64,000 nt of DNA from the NCBI RefSeq assembly GCF_009914755.1, contig NC_060929.1. One strand, given 5' to 3'. The notes under the pieces are model-generated. The model saw only the letters and a list, made by a program, of their open reading frames with translations, had not been told where the DNA came from and did no database searches. The DNA comes from the human T2T-CHM13v2.0 reference genome, Homo sapiens. The position numbers and the translations under genes were made by a program. Shown piece after piece: positions 1 through 16,336 of this stretch (within the stretch, counting starts at the first letter, position 1; each line of letters opens with the position of its first letter).

Positions 1-535
1 CAACCAATTTACTGAAAAGTATGTAATTCAGAAACAGATGAAAACTTAGTCATTATTTTAAATACTGTTAAGTACTGGGTGCTATTAACTAGTGGGTAGA
101 GCTATGGAAAATTCAAGTTCTGACCAACACTGTCCCATGCTCTGTATAAATCATAGGCAATCAGTGACCATAGTTAGTTACTAGACTCTTTTTTCTAGAT
201 GCTAACTAAACAATTGCTTAGTGGCCTCCAGAAATACCCTGCACTATCCATTCCAACTTTTCCAAAGAAACTGATTTTTATGTTCTACTTGATATTTACT
301 AATCAGTGATAAATTTCAAAACTAAATAAACTGAGGCAGAATTATATACAAAATTGGGAAGTTAAAAATAATTATGCATCATTGGCTTTCACCTTTATAA
401 ACTCAAGAAAATGAAAATAAGGGCTACGTACTTTGAAAACAAATTTTCTCTTGTAACTCTATAAGTCTATAAATGCATATATATATGTATGTATGTATAT
501 ATATCACCTAAGTAATTCTGTTATTCAAGACTATC

Positions 536-834
<299 letters not shown>

Positions 835-2514
835 TCATGATAGTATTTTAAATATTACATTGTTATTTATCTTACACACAATTTAGTGGAAATCATTGAT
901 TCCAATTTTTAAAAATTATTCTAATTCACCTTACTTATCCAACAAAGAAATGTTTACATAATTGTTTCCACTTCTTAAAATACTATCTGACACATTAAAA
1001 TTGTAGTATTTACTTTGGCAGTTAAACTAGTTTTTTAAAGTCACTACAGATGAAAAATAAAGAAAAAAAGATTAACATTGCCAATTTATTTTTGTTTTAA
1101 ATAAGAATGATGTTCAGATTTGATCTTAAAGTGTCCTTTAAGAGACATCATAGGAACACCTAAAATATATTTCTTAGGGGTTGTCTTATGAGTGCTCATT
1201 AACAGCAAATGCTATACCCATGGTTTTTTTTTTTTAATAAAAAATGGAGATAATAAGTGATGTCATTACTACTATCACTTTCTGGTAAGAGGCGTTGGCT
1301 ACCTGCTTTACTTCTCCAGGTAAGGATTACTCATTTCCTCTGACATCTGCAAATGTTCTTTACTTTAGGTGACACAATCTGTTGCTGCAGTAACTTCTCA
1401 CAATGTATCAAAAGGCTATAAATCAAGTGGATTCAGTACCAACTCTACTTTTGCAATGACCTAGAGCTACTGTTCCTCAAGTCTTCCAGTGCTCCAGTTT
1501 AGAAAGCCTGGTATATGAGGTTGCCAACCAACGATCTATTAAAATATATTAAGCAATCATTCATCTCCCATATTCACCCAGCTACACAGATTTGCCTCTT
1601 GCTGAGATCAGAAAGTACTCTTGCTGCAGAACTGTGAATTACTTTGGATGGCAGAGTTCTTTGACTGTGTACTCCATCTTTTCTTAACAAGTTAAATGAG
1701 GCGATAAGTAGCACAGAAGTTTAGAATAGGAAATAAAGGAATAGAAAAGCCGGATTGGCTACTTCAGTTGATAAAATTCCTCTTCTTTGTGGCGTTAAGA
1801 TTCTCAAAAATGTTAAATTTGAATTTTGAGAATAATCTCCATATGAGTTTTCCTTTAAATGCACTATGAAATTATACTCAAAAAGACATGGTTTTTGAGT
1901 TACTTTGCTATTTGCAGTAAAATGGGCTGCAAGGTGGGGCTAATGGGTTTTATTTTTTCTATGATTTTACTGAATTTTCTTCCTGTCCTTTTACATCAGT
2001 AACTGAATTTGAGGTGGCAATAGATCTAACTTCAAAGCATAATAATTTTCAGAATCAAAATGACACCCTCAGGAGGTTAACAATGAAATTGTCGAGATCA
2101 AATTTCAAAATAATTAAAATGGGTCATTCTAAAATAAGTGAATTTTTTCCCCATTGGTCTTCAGTATTTTTCCTTGTACTAGACTTATGTTTTGACCTAA
2201 TAAACTTTGTCCATGCATAATATTTGAAATTAACCCTTTGGGTTATCCCTGCATACAGCTAACTGAAACATCCTGTCTTATTTTATATCAACAGCTTCAT
2301 AACCCATGAGTGTGTCAAGCGTTATGCTTGATTAGAGATACAAAGATCAACTGTACTCTTTTTCCAAGAGTTTCCAGTCTACTGAAAACAAATGTGTCAT
2401 CAGTGCCAATCTGACATCACAGCAATAATGTACAGGGTATCTAGGGACTTCCAATAGAAGCACCAACCCAGATTGATCATGACTATCCAAGTTTCCAGGG
2501 AGATGGATCTCTCC

Positions 2515-2945
2515 CTAAATGAAATAAGTCATACAGAGACAGGCAAACACTGCATTATCTCACTTATGTGTGGAATCTAAAAATGTTGAACTCATAGAAA
2601 CAGGATAGAGGGTGGTTGTCAGGGCCTGCAGAGGTGGGGAAATGAGGAGATGTTCATCAAAAGATGCTAACTTTTGGTTATAAGATGAATATTTTCTGGA
2701 GATCTAATTTATAGCATGGTAACTGTAGGTAACAATATTGTATAGTGCACTTGAAATTTGCTAAGAAAGTAGATCTTAAATTTTCTCACCACACACACAC
2801 AAAGGTATTAGATGAGGTGACAGATATGTTCACTAACTTGATGGTGGTAATCATTTTATATTATATACACATACCAAATCATCACATTGTACATCTTAAA
2901 TTTGTACAATTTTATTTGTCAATTATACCTGAATAATGCTGGGGA
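2515..2945 (+). mobile_element. Old L1 3' end fragment (L1MA/L1MB type)
   Basis: Typical L1M 3'UTR text (CTCACTTATGTGTGGAATCTAAAAA, CTTGAAATTTGCTAAGAAAGTAGATCTTAA); boundaries approximate. Confidence 0.8.
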
Positions 2946-3298
2946 GAAAACAAACACGAACAAAAATCTTTGATGATAAATAATTATGAACTGGACGGGG
3001 AGTATAGACAAAATTTGCAAAGGACATTTACATTAGATGGCAAAGGTGTTTCATCTAATGTTTAACTACCTTGGACAGTTTGGGTTTTGTCCCCCTTCTT
3101 TATCTTTGCTCTATTTTGCTTTGAAGGAAAGGGACATCTTAATCTAATTGAGTACTTCCTATTTTGGTCTTTCTCTAATCTCTGAATTGTTGGCTTGTTT
3201 TCTTTAATGACAAACACTATGAACTATCCTCTAGATAGTGTTCCTGTTAAAGGTGGAAACTTTTATTTCCACTTCAATCCACCCTTCTGTCATAATAT

Positions 3299-3901
3299 TG
3301 TCACCAGTAAAGGGTCGTGGCCACAAGTTGTCCAGGTTCTTGCTATTTTGAAGAAAGAATTGGACAAAACACCAAGCAAAGCAAAGAAAGAATGAAGCAA
3401 CAAAAGAACGAAAGTACACTCCACAGTGTGGGAGCGACCTGAGCAGCAGTTCAGGAGCCTGGATACAGAATCTTCTTGGGTTCAAATACCCTCTAGAACT
3501 TTCCCATTGGCCACTTCATGCTCACCTCATGTAAATGAAGTGGTAGCCTGCAAGCAGTCTGATTGGTTGCAGAAAGCAGCCAACCAGAGGCTGAAGTGAA
3601 GTTACAAAGATCACACTCCTGTGTAAACATCTGATTGGTTGCAGAAAGCAACCAATCAGAGGCTAGGGTGAAGTTACAAAGTTATACTTTTATGCAAATG
3701 AAGACTCCACCCTCAAACAGTCTGATTAGTTGCACACAGTCAATTTCCTATCTGCTGGGCAGAAAAGGTCAAAGGGGGTGGCCTCTGGTCCTTTTGTTAC
3801 TCAGGTGTGGAAAGTTAGGGTTTTCCTTTCAATTTAGTTATCGGAAGTCGGCGTGAAACAGGCTTACGATCCCTGCCTCCAGACCCTATTCTCCTGCCTC
3901 A
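3299..3901 (-). mobile_element. MER51-family solo LTR (ERV1)
   Basis: Minus strand begins TGAGGCAGGAGAATAGGGTCTGGAGGCAGGG (MER51 5' end); TG...CA termini; 4-bp TSD ATAT at 3295-3298 and 3902-3905; repeated CTGATTGG (CCAAT) boxes. Confidence 0.88.
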
Positions 3902-4199
3902 ATATCACCTTAAGTTCTCTTCATCTTTGTCAAGACTAGTACATAAGAGGACAATATAGTGCAGTGGTCAATGGCATGGTTTAAAAAGGCAAACTGCAGT
4001 GATTACCAAGTCTGCTACTGTTATCTATATTTTCTTGGAAAAAATATATAACTGCTTCACGACTAATTTCCTATGCATAAGAAAATAAAAGTGATAATAA
4101 TACTGGTTTCATAAGATTAACACAAATATCCAGTAACCTATTATGTAGAAGAGATGGCCGGAGCTGCACTAAACATATTGCAACAAACTACAAAGGACA

Positions 4200-4395
4200 G
4201 GTCAAGAGCATCAGAGCAACTTCGGCCCTGATATTCCTGAGCTACTGGGCTGGCTCTGGATTACTTTTGTGTATAATGTTCAATGTGTAAGAGGAAAACA
4301 GCAAAAACAAAAATAAAACTCTATCTTGTTTGAGGCTACTTTACATAGGTTTTTTTTCTGTTACATACAGTTAAACTTAGCTCCTAACCAATAAA
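4200..4395 (+). mobile_element. MLT1 (MaLR) LTR 3' fragment
   Basis: AATAAAACTCTATCTTGTTTGAGGCTACT...TCTGTTACATACAG...CCTAACCAATA resembles an MLT1 LTR end. Confidence 0.55.
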
Positions 4396-5368
4396 GTATC
4401 TATCGAAAGTCAAAATCCCTCTCAAATACCAACTCCTGTATAATGTTCCCTCTCCAGCTTATCAAAGCTATGTTTTAAAACATATTTGGGGAATGTGCAT
4501 GAGTATTGTTATCTCCCATCTTTTATTTTTATGTAGTCATACTCACAGGGACTCTGTTGGCATGAAGTATACAACTTTATCCAATAGAAAGAATGCTTGA
4601 TTATTCCAGAGGGCCTGATGCCATATTTCTGAGAGGCCATGACAATGTATCCCTTTGCAAACAAGAATGAATTGTTTCCCTCTGAGTAACAGTGGTGATA
4701 CAAATAGCAGAATAGATAAAAAGGTAACAAGAAATTATCAGATCCATTCACCTGCAGTCTGCCAGATGAGTACTTAAAGCCCTTGGAAATTGACAAGTCT
4801 GTAACTGACTATCCAGGCATTGCCTGAACTTTGGGGTAAAGTGGAGGAGAGTAAGAGTAGTGCGGGTGGGGTCAGAGGTCATCATCCAAATCAATCAAAA
4901 GGGGAAAATACCTGGAAAAGTGCATGTGGGAGATTTTAATAGGCAGGCATGGAAATGGCCCACCTCACTTGCTTCATTCACATGGCCACATCTATGCTTA
5001 CAGGGACTTGAGGAATAAAGTCTTGTGTCTCCATCATAAAATGGAAATAAATTTTGATGAAAAACTAACACTTTCTGTCACATGGTTTCCGTTTTCCCAT
5101 GGCACGAAAGCACTCACTCATTAATTCAATAAATGTTTATAGAGTTCTTACCTTTATTGCTTATCATCTAGTTTGGGAGAAACACTATACAATTATAATT
5201 GAGGTAAATACAGAGAGAAAAAGTACAGAGCACCATCAGAGTGTATTACAGGATATCTGACTTAGAGTGAGGGATGAGGTGAAGCATCCCTGAGAAGGGG
5301 ACATGAGAGCTGCCAGCTGAAAAATTAATGCACTTGAACAATCACATCCTGATAGTTGTCATGAAACA

Positions 5369-5419
5369 GTTCCTTCCTTCCTCCCTCCCTCCCTCCCTCC
5401 CTCCCTCCCTTCCTTCCTT
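5369..5419. repeat. (TTCC)n/(CTCC)n microsatellite
   Basis: Seen directly. Confidence 0.95.
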
Positions 5420-6199
5420 CCTTCCTTCCCTCCTTCCTTAGAATTATCTCTGTGGTTTGTAGTAAAGGAGAAGTGACATCCATAACTTAGTGCAATGGGT
5501 AAATATTTATATCCCCCATTACATGAATCCTATTATATAGCTTTATAACAGGTAACCAATGTATGCACAAACCTGGTACCCTGCCTCATGTTTCAACCAA
5601 CCACTGTAAAAACAACAACAACAAAATAGTTGGGTTTTAAGCTCTTTTAGAAACAGAGTTGGGAGTCAGGGTACCTGACTGATGTAATGAGGATTATTGG
5701 AAAGAGTCAGAGGGAAATAAGGAAGCATTGAAAACTTTCAAAGCAATATTGCCCAGTTTTATGGAAAATGGGATAATGATTTAAAACACAATAGACAGCC
5801 TCCCTAGTCTGCCTTCCACATGACTCTTCTCTCAATTTTTATTTCTCTCTCTGTTTCTACTCAAGCTCCTCTTGCCAACACTCTTATCCCCTTTTCTCTA
5901 CTCCTTGCTTCTTTCTTACCCACTGCCTCTACTGACACATAGATTCTGATTGTCACTTTCTTTCCCTGTGCTTGGCTTTTGAATTATTTTAGTGCCTGTG
6001 TCTGCTGATTCTTCTACTACCACTATCTATTTGTATGTTTTATAGTTGTTGGCCCTAATAAACAAGAGGTTTGGAAACATTAGTCATTGTTCCCTGGCCA
6101 GCCTATAGGTGGCTACCTTAGATGCAACAGCAAGTCTCTGGTCAAATAAATTGTGCATGGCCAGGGTGCAAAGCATGCCTGTGACTCTTCATAAAAAGT

Positions 6200-7975
<1,776 letters not shown>

Positions 7976-8562
7976 TCTTCCCACATCTCTCTTCCCTAGA
8001 TGTGCTTATTGCTCCAAAATAGATATTTCTCAAGGAAAGCACTCCTTTCTGTATATCCCAGTTAAATGATAGTCTCTCTATCCCATTGGTTTGTTTTTTA
8101 AAAATCAGTTATAATTATGTGAAATATTTTATTTAATCATGTATTTTCAAAAGTTGTTCATGGAGTTAGGAACACTTTCTATTCTGTTGAACTGTTTCTC
8201 TGGGTCCTGAAACAATGTGCATGTCAACAAAAACACTGGTAGGTGGGAAGATGGGAGGAAGGGAGGGAGAAAAGGAGGGAGAAAGGGAATTCACAATGTG
8301 GCATAATAACCAACTGGCATTTAAATCTCCTGGGTGTGTTTTAATTTTAAAATGAAAGTTAAATTTTAGAAATCTGGACCTATTAAAATTTGTGGGGGAG
8401 ATAAAGGTATTTCCAAACCTCTTGTTCATTAGGGCCAACGACTATAAGACATACAAATAGATAGTGGTAGTAGAAAAATCAGCAGACACAGGCACTAAAA
8501 TAATTCAAAAGCCAAGCGCAGGGAAAGAAACTGACAATGAGAATCATCCAGTTTGATCTTCA

Positions 8563-8690
8563 GCTCTAGGATGCTAGTTTAAATGCAGAATCCTGGGCTC
8601 TATACCAGACCAAATAAATCAGCCTCTCTGGAGGCCAAGCCCCAGTTTCTGAATGGCCACTCAGCAATCTTGATGCACACTAAAGTTTGC
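8563..8690. mobile_element. MER5-type hAT DNA transposon fragment
   Basis: TTTAAATGCAGAATCCTGGGC...AATCAG...CTTGATGCACACTAAAGTTTG matches the MER5A/B core. Confidence 0.65.
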
Positions 8691-10194
8691 ATTTGGATTC
8701 TAGAAAATGATTAAAATAAATTGACCAGTGATCCATAAAACTCCATCACTGGAACCCTTAGAGTCTATGTCATTGATAACATTGAAATGACATCAGCATG
8801 TAAACAGAACATTATAGCTTAATTTTAAGTGATATGACTCCTCCTAACTTACTGTGTCATTGCTGTGGACAAGTGAGAAAGTTTTCTCTGCAGGTCCATC
8901 CAGAAATTATTCCAGAACTAAAGTTATACTCTGGATAAATCACACAAAAGACTTTAGAAACTAAGGTGAGGAATGGCCTCCTATCTAGCCCTCTTGAAAA
9001 GAGAAAACTGTGAATAAGAAAATGCCTTTCTAAAAGCAAAAAAAGTGACAATTGCCACAAGATCTCTTAGTGCTACATATGTTAAATTTTGGAGTTGGCT
9101 TTGTACCTGACCCCCGGGCATTTGCACTGGCTCCAAGAACAATAACTACTTCCTGCCAACTATTAGTTCCAGGGACCTAGGACAGTTTGTTGTTGGTTTT
9201 GTTTTTTTTTCTTTTTCCTTACTTTTCTAATTAAAGAACTGGAAAGACTACAAATGAGATTGATTTCCTTTAAAACTCACATAATGCACTCCAATTCCAA
9301 AAGCCACTCTCTGACAGTGACAGGAACTGGCTTGTCAGTCCTGAGATTTCTCTGTGAGCATCTCTTTGTTTTTAACTAGCGGAGTAGAGACCTGGGGAAA
9401 GAGGAAGGATCTAATAACTGTTTATAGACCAACAAATCTGTTCCTACATGTGCCCACCACCCTACAGTTTTTTTATTAACCTTTATGCCACATTCTTAGA
9501 GAAGTTCTTCAGGTTATAATTATTACACTGTGCTTGTATGCCTAGCTTTTAAACAACAAAAAAAAAATTTAAAGCTTCTTTTTGACAATACACAAACATT
9601 ATTGGCAGAATTACTTAAACATAAAGTGCTTTTCTAAAGGCCAGCAATATAAAATGATGTCTTATTTCATTGGGGTAGGCGGGAAGACTACCAAATATTG
9701 GCAAGTATATGGAACAAGATCCTTTTTGAAAGCTGCATCTCAGTCATGCCTCTTGCTTCAGGAGAAAAACAATGAAACCTTTGTGGTATGTTAACATCTC
9801 ACTTACCAAAGGACTTAAGCCAAAAGAAAACAAAATGAACCTAAGATCTCTCTACATTTTTTGACCTTAATAACTAAAGCAGAGTTGAATATACTACAGA
9901 TCATCCACTTAAACATGATGTAGATCTCATTGGTCATACACTTTGGTTGCTGAAAGAAAGACTGAGATTATAGAAACTTTTCTTGCCTTCAATGATTAAA
10001 GCAATCATTGAGAATCAAAAAACTTAAATTGCTTCCCCAAGATTTCACCATTATTTACTGACGGAACTAAGACTAAAATCGAGATTCTCTGAAGATTTGT
10101 CCTGTATTCCAACCATTTTCTCAAAATTAAAATGGAAATAGAAATCCCTCCTCTTGGGAGACCACACAGTACCAAAGAAAGAGGGACTGCTTTG

Positions 10195-10310
10195 GAGTTT
10201 GATACATTTGAACACAGATTCTGACTTCATTTACCAGCTACAAGGCCTTGGGAAGTTACTTTAGCTCTGAGTCTCAGCTTCCTTAGCAGAAAATGAGGAT
10301 GCTAATGTTT
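10195..10310 (+). mobile_element. MIR fragment
   Basis: MIR core CCTTGGGAAGTTACTTTAGCTCTGAGTCTCAGCTTCCT. Confidence 0.65.
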
Positions 10311-10324
10311 AGTACACATAGTGG

Positions 10325-11690
10325 TTTATTCAACAAGTATTTGAGGAGTAACATGGAGCCAACCATTCCTTTAGGGCAACGGGAAGACAATAATGAACAA
10401 GATAAGAATTCTTATCATCACGGAGTTTATATTCTTTTCGGCACCTAGGGACAATAAATGAACAAACAGATAGAGCATATAGCACACCAGATAATTGTAA
10501 GTGCTGTGGAGAAAAATAAAGTAGAGAATGAGGATAGAGATTACCAGGCAAATGGAAGTATGGGTAGATGGGTATGTGTTATTTTAAATAAGATAGATAA
10601 GTGAGATAGTCTGAGGAGGCCTTATTGATAAAGGGATAGTTGAGGAAATTGGTGAAGAAAGTGAGGGATAAGAACATTCAGGTTTGCTATTGCAAACCAA
10701 CCGTCCTTGAGGGGAAACATACTTGGTCTACCAGAGTAACAGTACAGAGGTGGTATGGTTGGTCCAAAGGGAACGAGAATAAAGGTGGTGAGGTGTAGTG
10801 ATGGCCTGGGTGGGGACCCATAGGCATATCTGATAAGATCTGTAGCCATTATAAGTGTTTTAGATTCTATTTTAAATAAAATGCAAAATCACTACATTGC
10901 TTTGAACAGAGGAGTGACATGACTGGACATATATTTTAGAAGGATCACTCTGGCCATTGTGTTAGAATAAAATATAAGGGCAGGAAGGATAGAGTCCAAG
11001 AGATCAGGTAGGAGAATTTTGCAATAACCCAGGAGGGAGATTATAATAAAGAGAGGAAAGATTCGGGATATAATTTGAAGACATAGCCAACAAAATTTGC
11101 TGAGAGATTAGACATAGCTATGAGAACAAGAAGGGGAGTCAAACATGAATGTAAAATATTTTACCTATGCTATTAGAAAGAGGGAAAAGGACTCAGGAGA
11201 TGCAGGTACAGGGAGGATTCTAAGATATGTTAATAACATGGATTTTAGATATGTAAATTTTGAAATGCCTATAGACCATCAAGCAGAGATAATAAGTAGC
11301 CAGGTAGCTGATGTTGAGGTTCAGGGTAGAAGGTCTACCTTGGAGATTCACCAGCCAATAGATGATATTTAAGGCCACAAGACTGACCACACTCTTTCAG
11401 GGGGAGAGTAACTAGACTGAATCCTGGGGTATGCCCACATTTAGAGGGTGGGGAGATGTATAAATCACAAGAAATTGAGAAGTAAGGGCAGTGAGATGAC
11501 AGGATAAGCAGGAGTATGTGGTAAGCAAGAATTTAAGTGAAGAATGCCTTTCCAGCAGAGGGAGTGGTCAGCTGTGCCCCATGTTACTGAAAGGTAAAAT
11601 AGACCAAGGGCTAGGAATAACCAATGATTTTTGCTAAATGAAGGTAATGAGCAACGTCAATTGGTAGAATGATGTTCAAAAAGCCTAAAT
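10325..11690 (-). mobile_element. L2 (3' part)
   Basis: Begins TTATTCAACAAGTATTTGAG (L2 3' terminus on minus strand), then L2 text such as TTTTAGAAGGATCACTCTGGC and TTTGAAATGCCTATAGACCATCAAG. Confidence 0.75.
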
Positions 11691-13335
11691 GAAATGTGTT
11701 AAAATGATAATGGTAAACTTGGGAAAGAAAAAACCTAATCTATCAATAGCAAAATGAGCAAAACTGAATGTAAAAGAGCTCACAGAAAAAGAAATGCATG
11801 TGACAAACAAAATACAAACCATACAAAATATGCTCAATCTTACAATAAAAATAATATAAAAAATACAATATTGAAATACCAGTTCTCATTTATTAGACTA
11901 AGAAAAATGCAAAAACATTTAAAAACAAAAACTCCGATGCAAGGTTATGAAAAAGTAGGTACTCTGAAACATTGTCAGAAGGGATTTAAAATGATAGATG
12001 CCTTCTGGAGAGGAATTGTACAAAATTTGCATATATTGACCCTTTGACCCAATAATCCCACTTCTAAAAAACTGCCTCAAAAACAACTTGGCAGAAATAT
12101 GGAATGATAGCTATGCAAGCGTTTATTCATTGCAGCAATACTTGAAAAAGCCAGACTAGAAACAACTTAAATGTCTATTAATATGACTATGCAGGTTTAA
12201 AAGGATATATAAAATTATATATAATAAATATGTGAATTATATTGTATATTTTAATATAATTTATTATATATAATAATATACTATATATTTACATGTGTAT
12301 ATGTGTGCATGTACATATAGATGTGTGTGTATATATGTATATGCATGTGTGTGTGTATTTGTGTACATTTATTCTTTAAAAAGAGTAACAAGAGAAGGGA
12401 AAAACAAAAACTAGAAAATAGTTACCTTAGCTGGAGGATGAAAACAGGTAACACCATAGAGGGGACAGAATTGAAGTTAAACTTATTTGAACATATGTCA
12501 CTTTATCATTTAATATTGAAATGATTGAGATGTCTTACATAAATTAAGAAATAAAATAAAAAAGAGGGACAGGAAAAATTAAAAGGAAATATATTTAGAT
12601 AGTAACAATCTTGGAAATTAATGGGGAAAGAATAACTTTAACCGTATATCAGTTTCCATTGATTTCAAAATGTAATATTTTAACTAAACATCACTTGTAC
12701 ATCCCTGCTGGGATACAGTCATTGTATAAAAATGCCAAAAGAAGCTTAAACTACATTAGTATTATTGTTAAAATCAATATTTATATTCATATTATGATTT
12801 TCAAAGCATTTATATATATCAGGATCAATAAAATAAATTTGTCAACATTATTGCAAATAAATATTTTTAGTTTAAGAGAAAAGAGATACAAGTAAAAGAA
12901 TCAAATAATTTAACTGAAAAGTTTGTAATTTTAAATTTGAATTGAGAACAGTAGTATGAGCTCGTGATGTATTTTTCTCTTCCTAAAAAAAAGAAAAAAA
13001 AATTCTAGTTTCATTCACTGAAGAACCCTAGAAGCTATGAAACACTATTAGCAATTAACACTCCTAATGCCCAGACTGTGGTCTCCAAATCCCATTTCCA
13101 ATGAAGGAACCAGGTTCTTTGGAGAAAAGACTCATTATAAATCTGAGGCAAAAAATATACAAAATGAACCAAGGATTTTTATTTTAACAAACTAGAAAAA
13201 AGTAATAGGGTCATATTAAAAGGACATGAGAGCCAAATTGAAGGAGCTCTTACTAGAGAGGGAAAGGGAGGGTAATAGGGATATCAAAAACAGTAACAAC
13301 TACAATAGATTGAAAACTGCCAACTCTTTGAAAAT
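11690..13335 (+). mobile_element. Old L1 (L1MC/L1ME) 3' fragment inserted in L2, with internal (TA)n/(TG)n tract at ~12200-12370
   Basis: CCCTTTGACCCAATAATCCCACTTCTA and TTATTCATTGCAGCAAT (L1 ORF2 end) followed by old 3'UTR; boundaries approximate. Confidence 0.65.
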
Positions 13336-13399
13336 CTGTGAATTCATCATATATTCAAGGGAGAGAAAGCAAAGACAAAAACTGTAAACAACAAAAATA

Positions 13400-14035
13400 C
13401 ACAATCCCATTAAAGAAAATCACCTTGAAGAAAAGCTTTGTGATTGCTGGAAGAGAAGTGTGGCATGGAGAGAGATTTGTTTGTTTGTTTGTTTCAATAT
13501 GGGAGAGGTGCAGCATGCTTGCATGTTGATGGAAACAATCAAATGGGGAGGGGAAAACTGATGATGCAGGACAGAGTGGGAACAATTACCTGCTGAAGCA
13601 GTATCTATGAGTAGGTAAGAGGTGAGGGAATCTAGTACACAGAGGGAAGAGTAGGCCTAAGTGGGAGCATGGACAATGCATCCATGGTGACGGGAATGAA
13701 GGAAGAGCACATGGCACACAGGCAGGCAGTTGGTAGATGGGTGAGAAAGAATGTGGATGCTCTGTTTTGATTGCTTTAATTTTCTCAGAGAAATAGAAAT
13801 GGGAAAGACAATGGAAGAAAAGGTGTTGGGGGTTTGATAAGAGTGAAGATGTGAAATAGTTGTGTGGAGAGAGTAGGAAGAGGGAGTAGATTGAGGAAAT
13901 ATAGTAGAATTGCCAGGCAGAAGCACAATTCCAGTGGGGATGATTGCTTGTGAGTTTGAAGAGGGATGAGGTAAAATGACTGTATACTGCCCTCCAGCCA
14001 CAGTCAGCCTGTGCATATGCAGGTGTATTCACAGA
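13400..14035 (-). mobile_element. L2 continuation
   Basis: Purine-rich L2 minus-strand text (TGATTGCTTTAATTTTCTCAGAGAAATAG, GGCAGAAGCACAATTCCAG). Confidence 0.6.
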
Positions 14036-14214
14036 GTAAGTGATGAACTGTACTTAGCCAATGTGAGGATTAACTGGGATTTAACATGTAATATAATGTA
14101 TATATCAGGTGATTTTATATTTATTAATTTATCTTTTCCTTCAATGTAATTATCTGACTAGGAAATACAAAATGGTAAAAAAAAAAAAAACAAAAAAAAA
14201 AATAGAGTTGGTAT

Positions 14215-15375
14215 TCCAAAAAAGGAAGTTAAACTATCGCTGTTTGCCAGTGATATGATGGTATACCTAGAAAACTCTAAAGACTCTTCCAAAATACTCC
14301 TGGATTTGATAAATGAATTCACTAAAGTCTCAGATTATAAAATTGATGTACACAAATCAGTAGCACTGCTATACATCAACAATGAGCAAGCTGAGAATCA
14401 AATCAAGAACTCAATCCCTCTTACAATAGCTGCAAAACAAAATAAAACACCTAACAATAATCTTAATCAAGGAGGTGAAAGATCTCTACAAGGAGAACAT
14501 AGATGACACACACAAAGCATAGATGACACAAACAAATGTAAATACATCCCATGCTCATGGATTGGAAGATTCAATATTGTGAAAATGACCACACTGCCTA
14601 AAGCAATCTACACATTCAATGCAATTCCTATTAAAATACCAATATCATTTTTCATAGAATTAGAAAAAACAATCCTAAAATTCATATGAAACAAAAAAAA
14701 GATCCCAAATAGCCAAAGCATTCCTTAACAAAAAGAACAAATCTGGAGTCATCAAATTCCTTGACTTCAAATTACACTATAAGGCTATTGTTATGAAAAG
14801 AGCATGGTACTGGTATAAAGTAGATACATAGATCAATAGAAAAGAATAGAGCATTCAGAAATAAAGCCAAATACAACCAACTGATCTTCGACGAAAGCAT
14901 ACAAAAACAACTTGGGGAAAGGACACTTATTCAATAAACAGCGCTGGGAAACTGGATAGCCACACGTAGAAGAATGAAACTGGATCCTTATCTCTTACCA
15001 TATACAAAAATCAACACAAGGTGGATCAAAGACTTAAATATAAGACCTGAAACCATACAAAATCTAGAAGAAAACCTAGGAAAATTTCTTCTGCACATTG
15101 GCCTAGGTAAAGAATTTATGACTAAGACAACAAAAGCGAATGCAACAAAAATAGAAATAAATGAATGGGATATAATTAAGCTAAAAAGCTTACACATAGC
15201 AAAAAAAAAATCATTAAACAGAAAACCCACAAAATGAGAGAAAATACTTGCAAACTGTGCATCCAACAAAGGACTAATATCCAGAATCTACAAGGAACTA
15301 AAACAAATCAGTAAGAAAAAATCAAAAGATTAGGTCAAAAAGTGGGCAAATGAATAGACATTTCTCCAAATAAGA
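14215..15375 (+). mobile_element. L1 ORF2 fragment (L1PB/L1MA age), frameshifted
   Basis: ORF-track pieces 14255-14506 and 14974-15237 are homologous to ORF2p (MMVYLENSKDS..., [22 protein letters not shown]); stops and frameshifts. Confidence 0.9.
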
Positions 15376-15937
15376 TATATAATTGCAAGAAATTTTCATA
15401 AGATCACTTGGCTAATAAGTGAAGAAGTCAAGATACACAAAGACTAAGCTTTTAGCCCACTTCACTGGGCTATATCAAAGAATAATACAAGGAAAAAGAT
15501 CAAAGAAAGTTATCTTTCCAAATATAATATATTGTAAAGTAATAAGTATTAAAGTAATAGAGCATTGCTACCAAAATTGATCCATATGACAATACAGAAA
15601 ATCCAGAATTGTACTCAGTCACAAATAATGATTACATAATAATTTCACATTAAATAAAGCAAGCTTCTCAAAACAACAAGAAAGGCTTATATTGATCTGA
15701 TTGATACAATTGATCTATATACTTACAGTTCACAAATAAAGGCCAACTAGACAAAAACATTTCAATATTTTATAAGAATTGGTGAGTTATTATCTAGATT
15801 CAGTTCACTCTGCAAAATGACACAATATTAATTAATTTCTCTTCAAAATTAGTAGTAATCTAGATATCCTAAGGTAAATGGGCTGACTTTGATTTGCCCA
15901 AGTGTTGGCATATATTTTAGAATTTTTGATAGGCTTA

Positions 15938-16336
15938 ATATAGCAGTTTTCTAGGTCTTCTTTAAAATTCCATAAACTGAGTGGCTTAAACAACAGAAAT
16001 GTACTATCTCCTAGTTCTAGAGGCCAGAAGTCCAAGATCAAGGTGTCACCTGGGTTAGTTCCTTCTGAGGGCCGTAAGGAAGCATCTGTTTCAGGCCTCT
16101 GTCCTGGGCTTCTCTCTATGACTCTTCACATGGTCTTTCTTCTATGCACATTTCTGTGTTCAAATTGCCCTTCTTATAAGGACCCCAGTTATGTTGGATT
16201 AGGTCCAACTTGATGAACTTATTTTAATTTTATTACCTCTATAAAGACCCTATCTCCAAATAAGGTTACGTTCTGGGGTGCTGAGGGTTAGAATGCTAAC
16301 ATGTCTTTTTTTGAGGGGCGATCACAATTCATAACA
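15938..16336 (-). mobile_element. MLT1B/C (MaLR) solo LTR
   Basis: GTGGCTTAAACAACAGAAAT...TTCTAGAGGCCAGAAGTCCAAGATCAAGGTGTC...AAAGACCCTATCTCCAAATAAGGT. Confidence 0.85.

Noticed and set aside
1290-1330. Splice-donor-like CAG/GTAAGG and other isolated splice signals (e.g. ~22356, ~40705)
   Set aside because: No paired coding exon or reading frame; such signals are frequent by chance.
13586-14032. 148-aa and 119-aa minus-strand ORFs
   Set aside because: They lie within decayed L2 sequence and show no credible protein motif.
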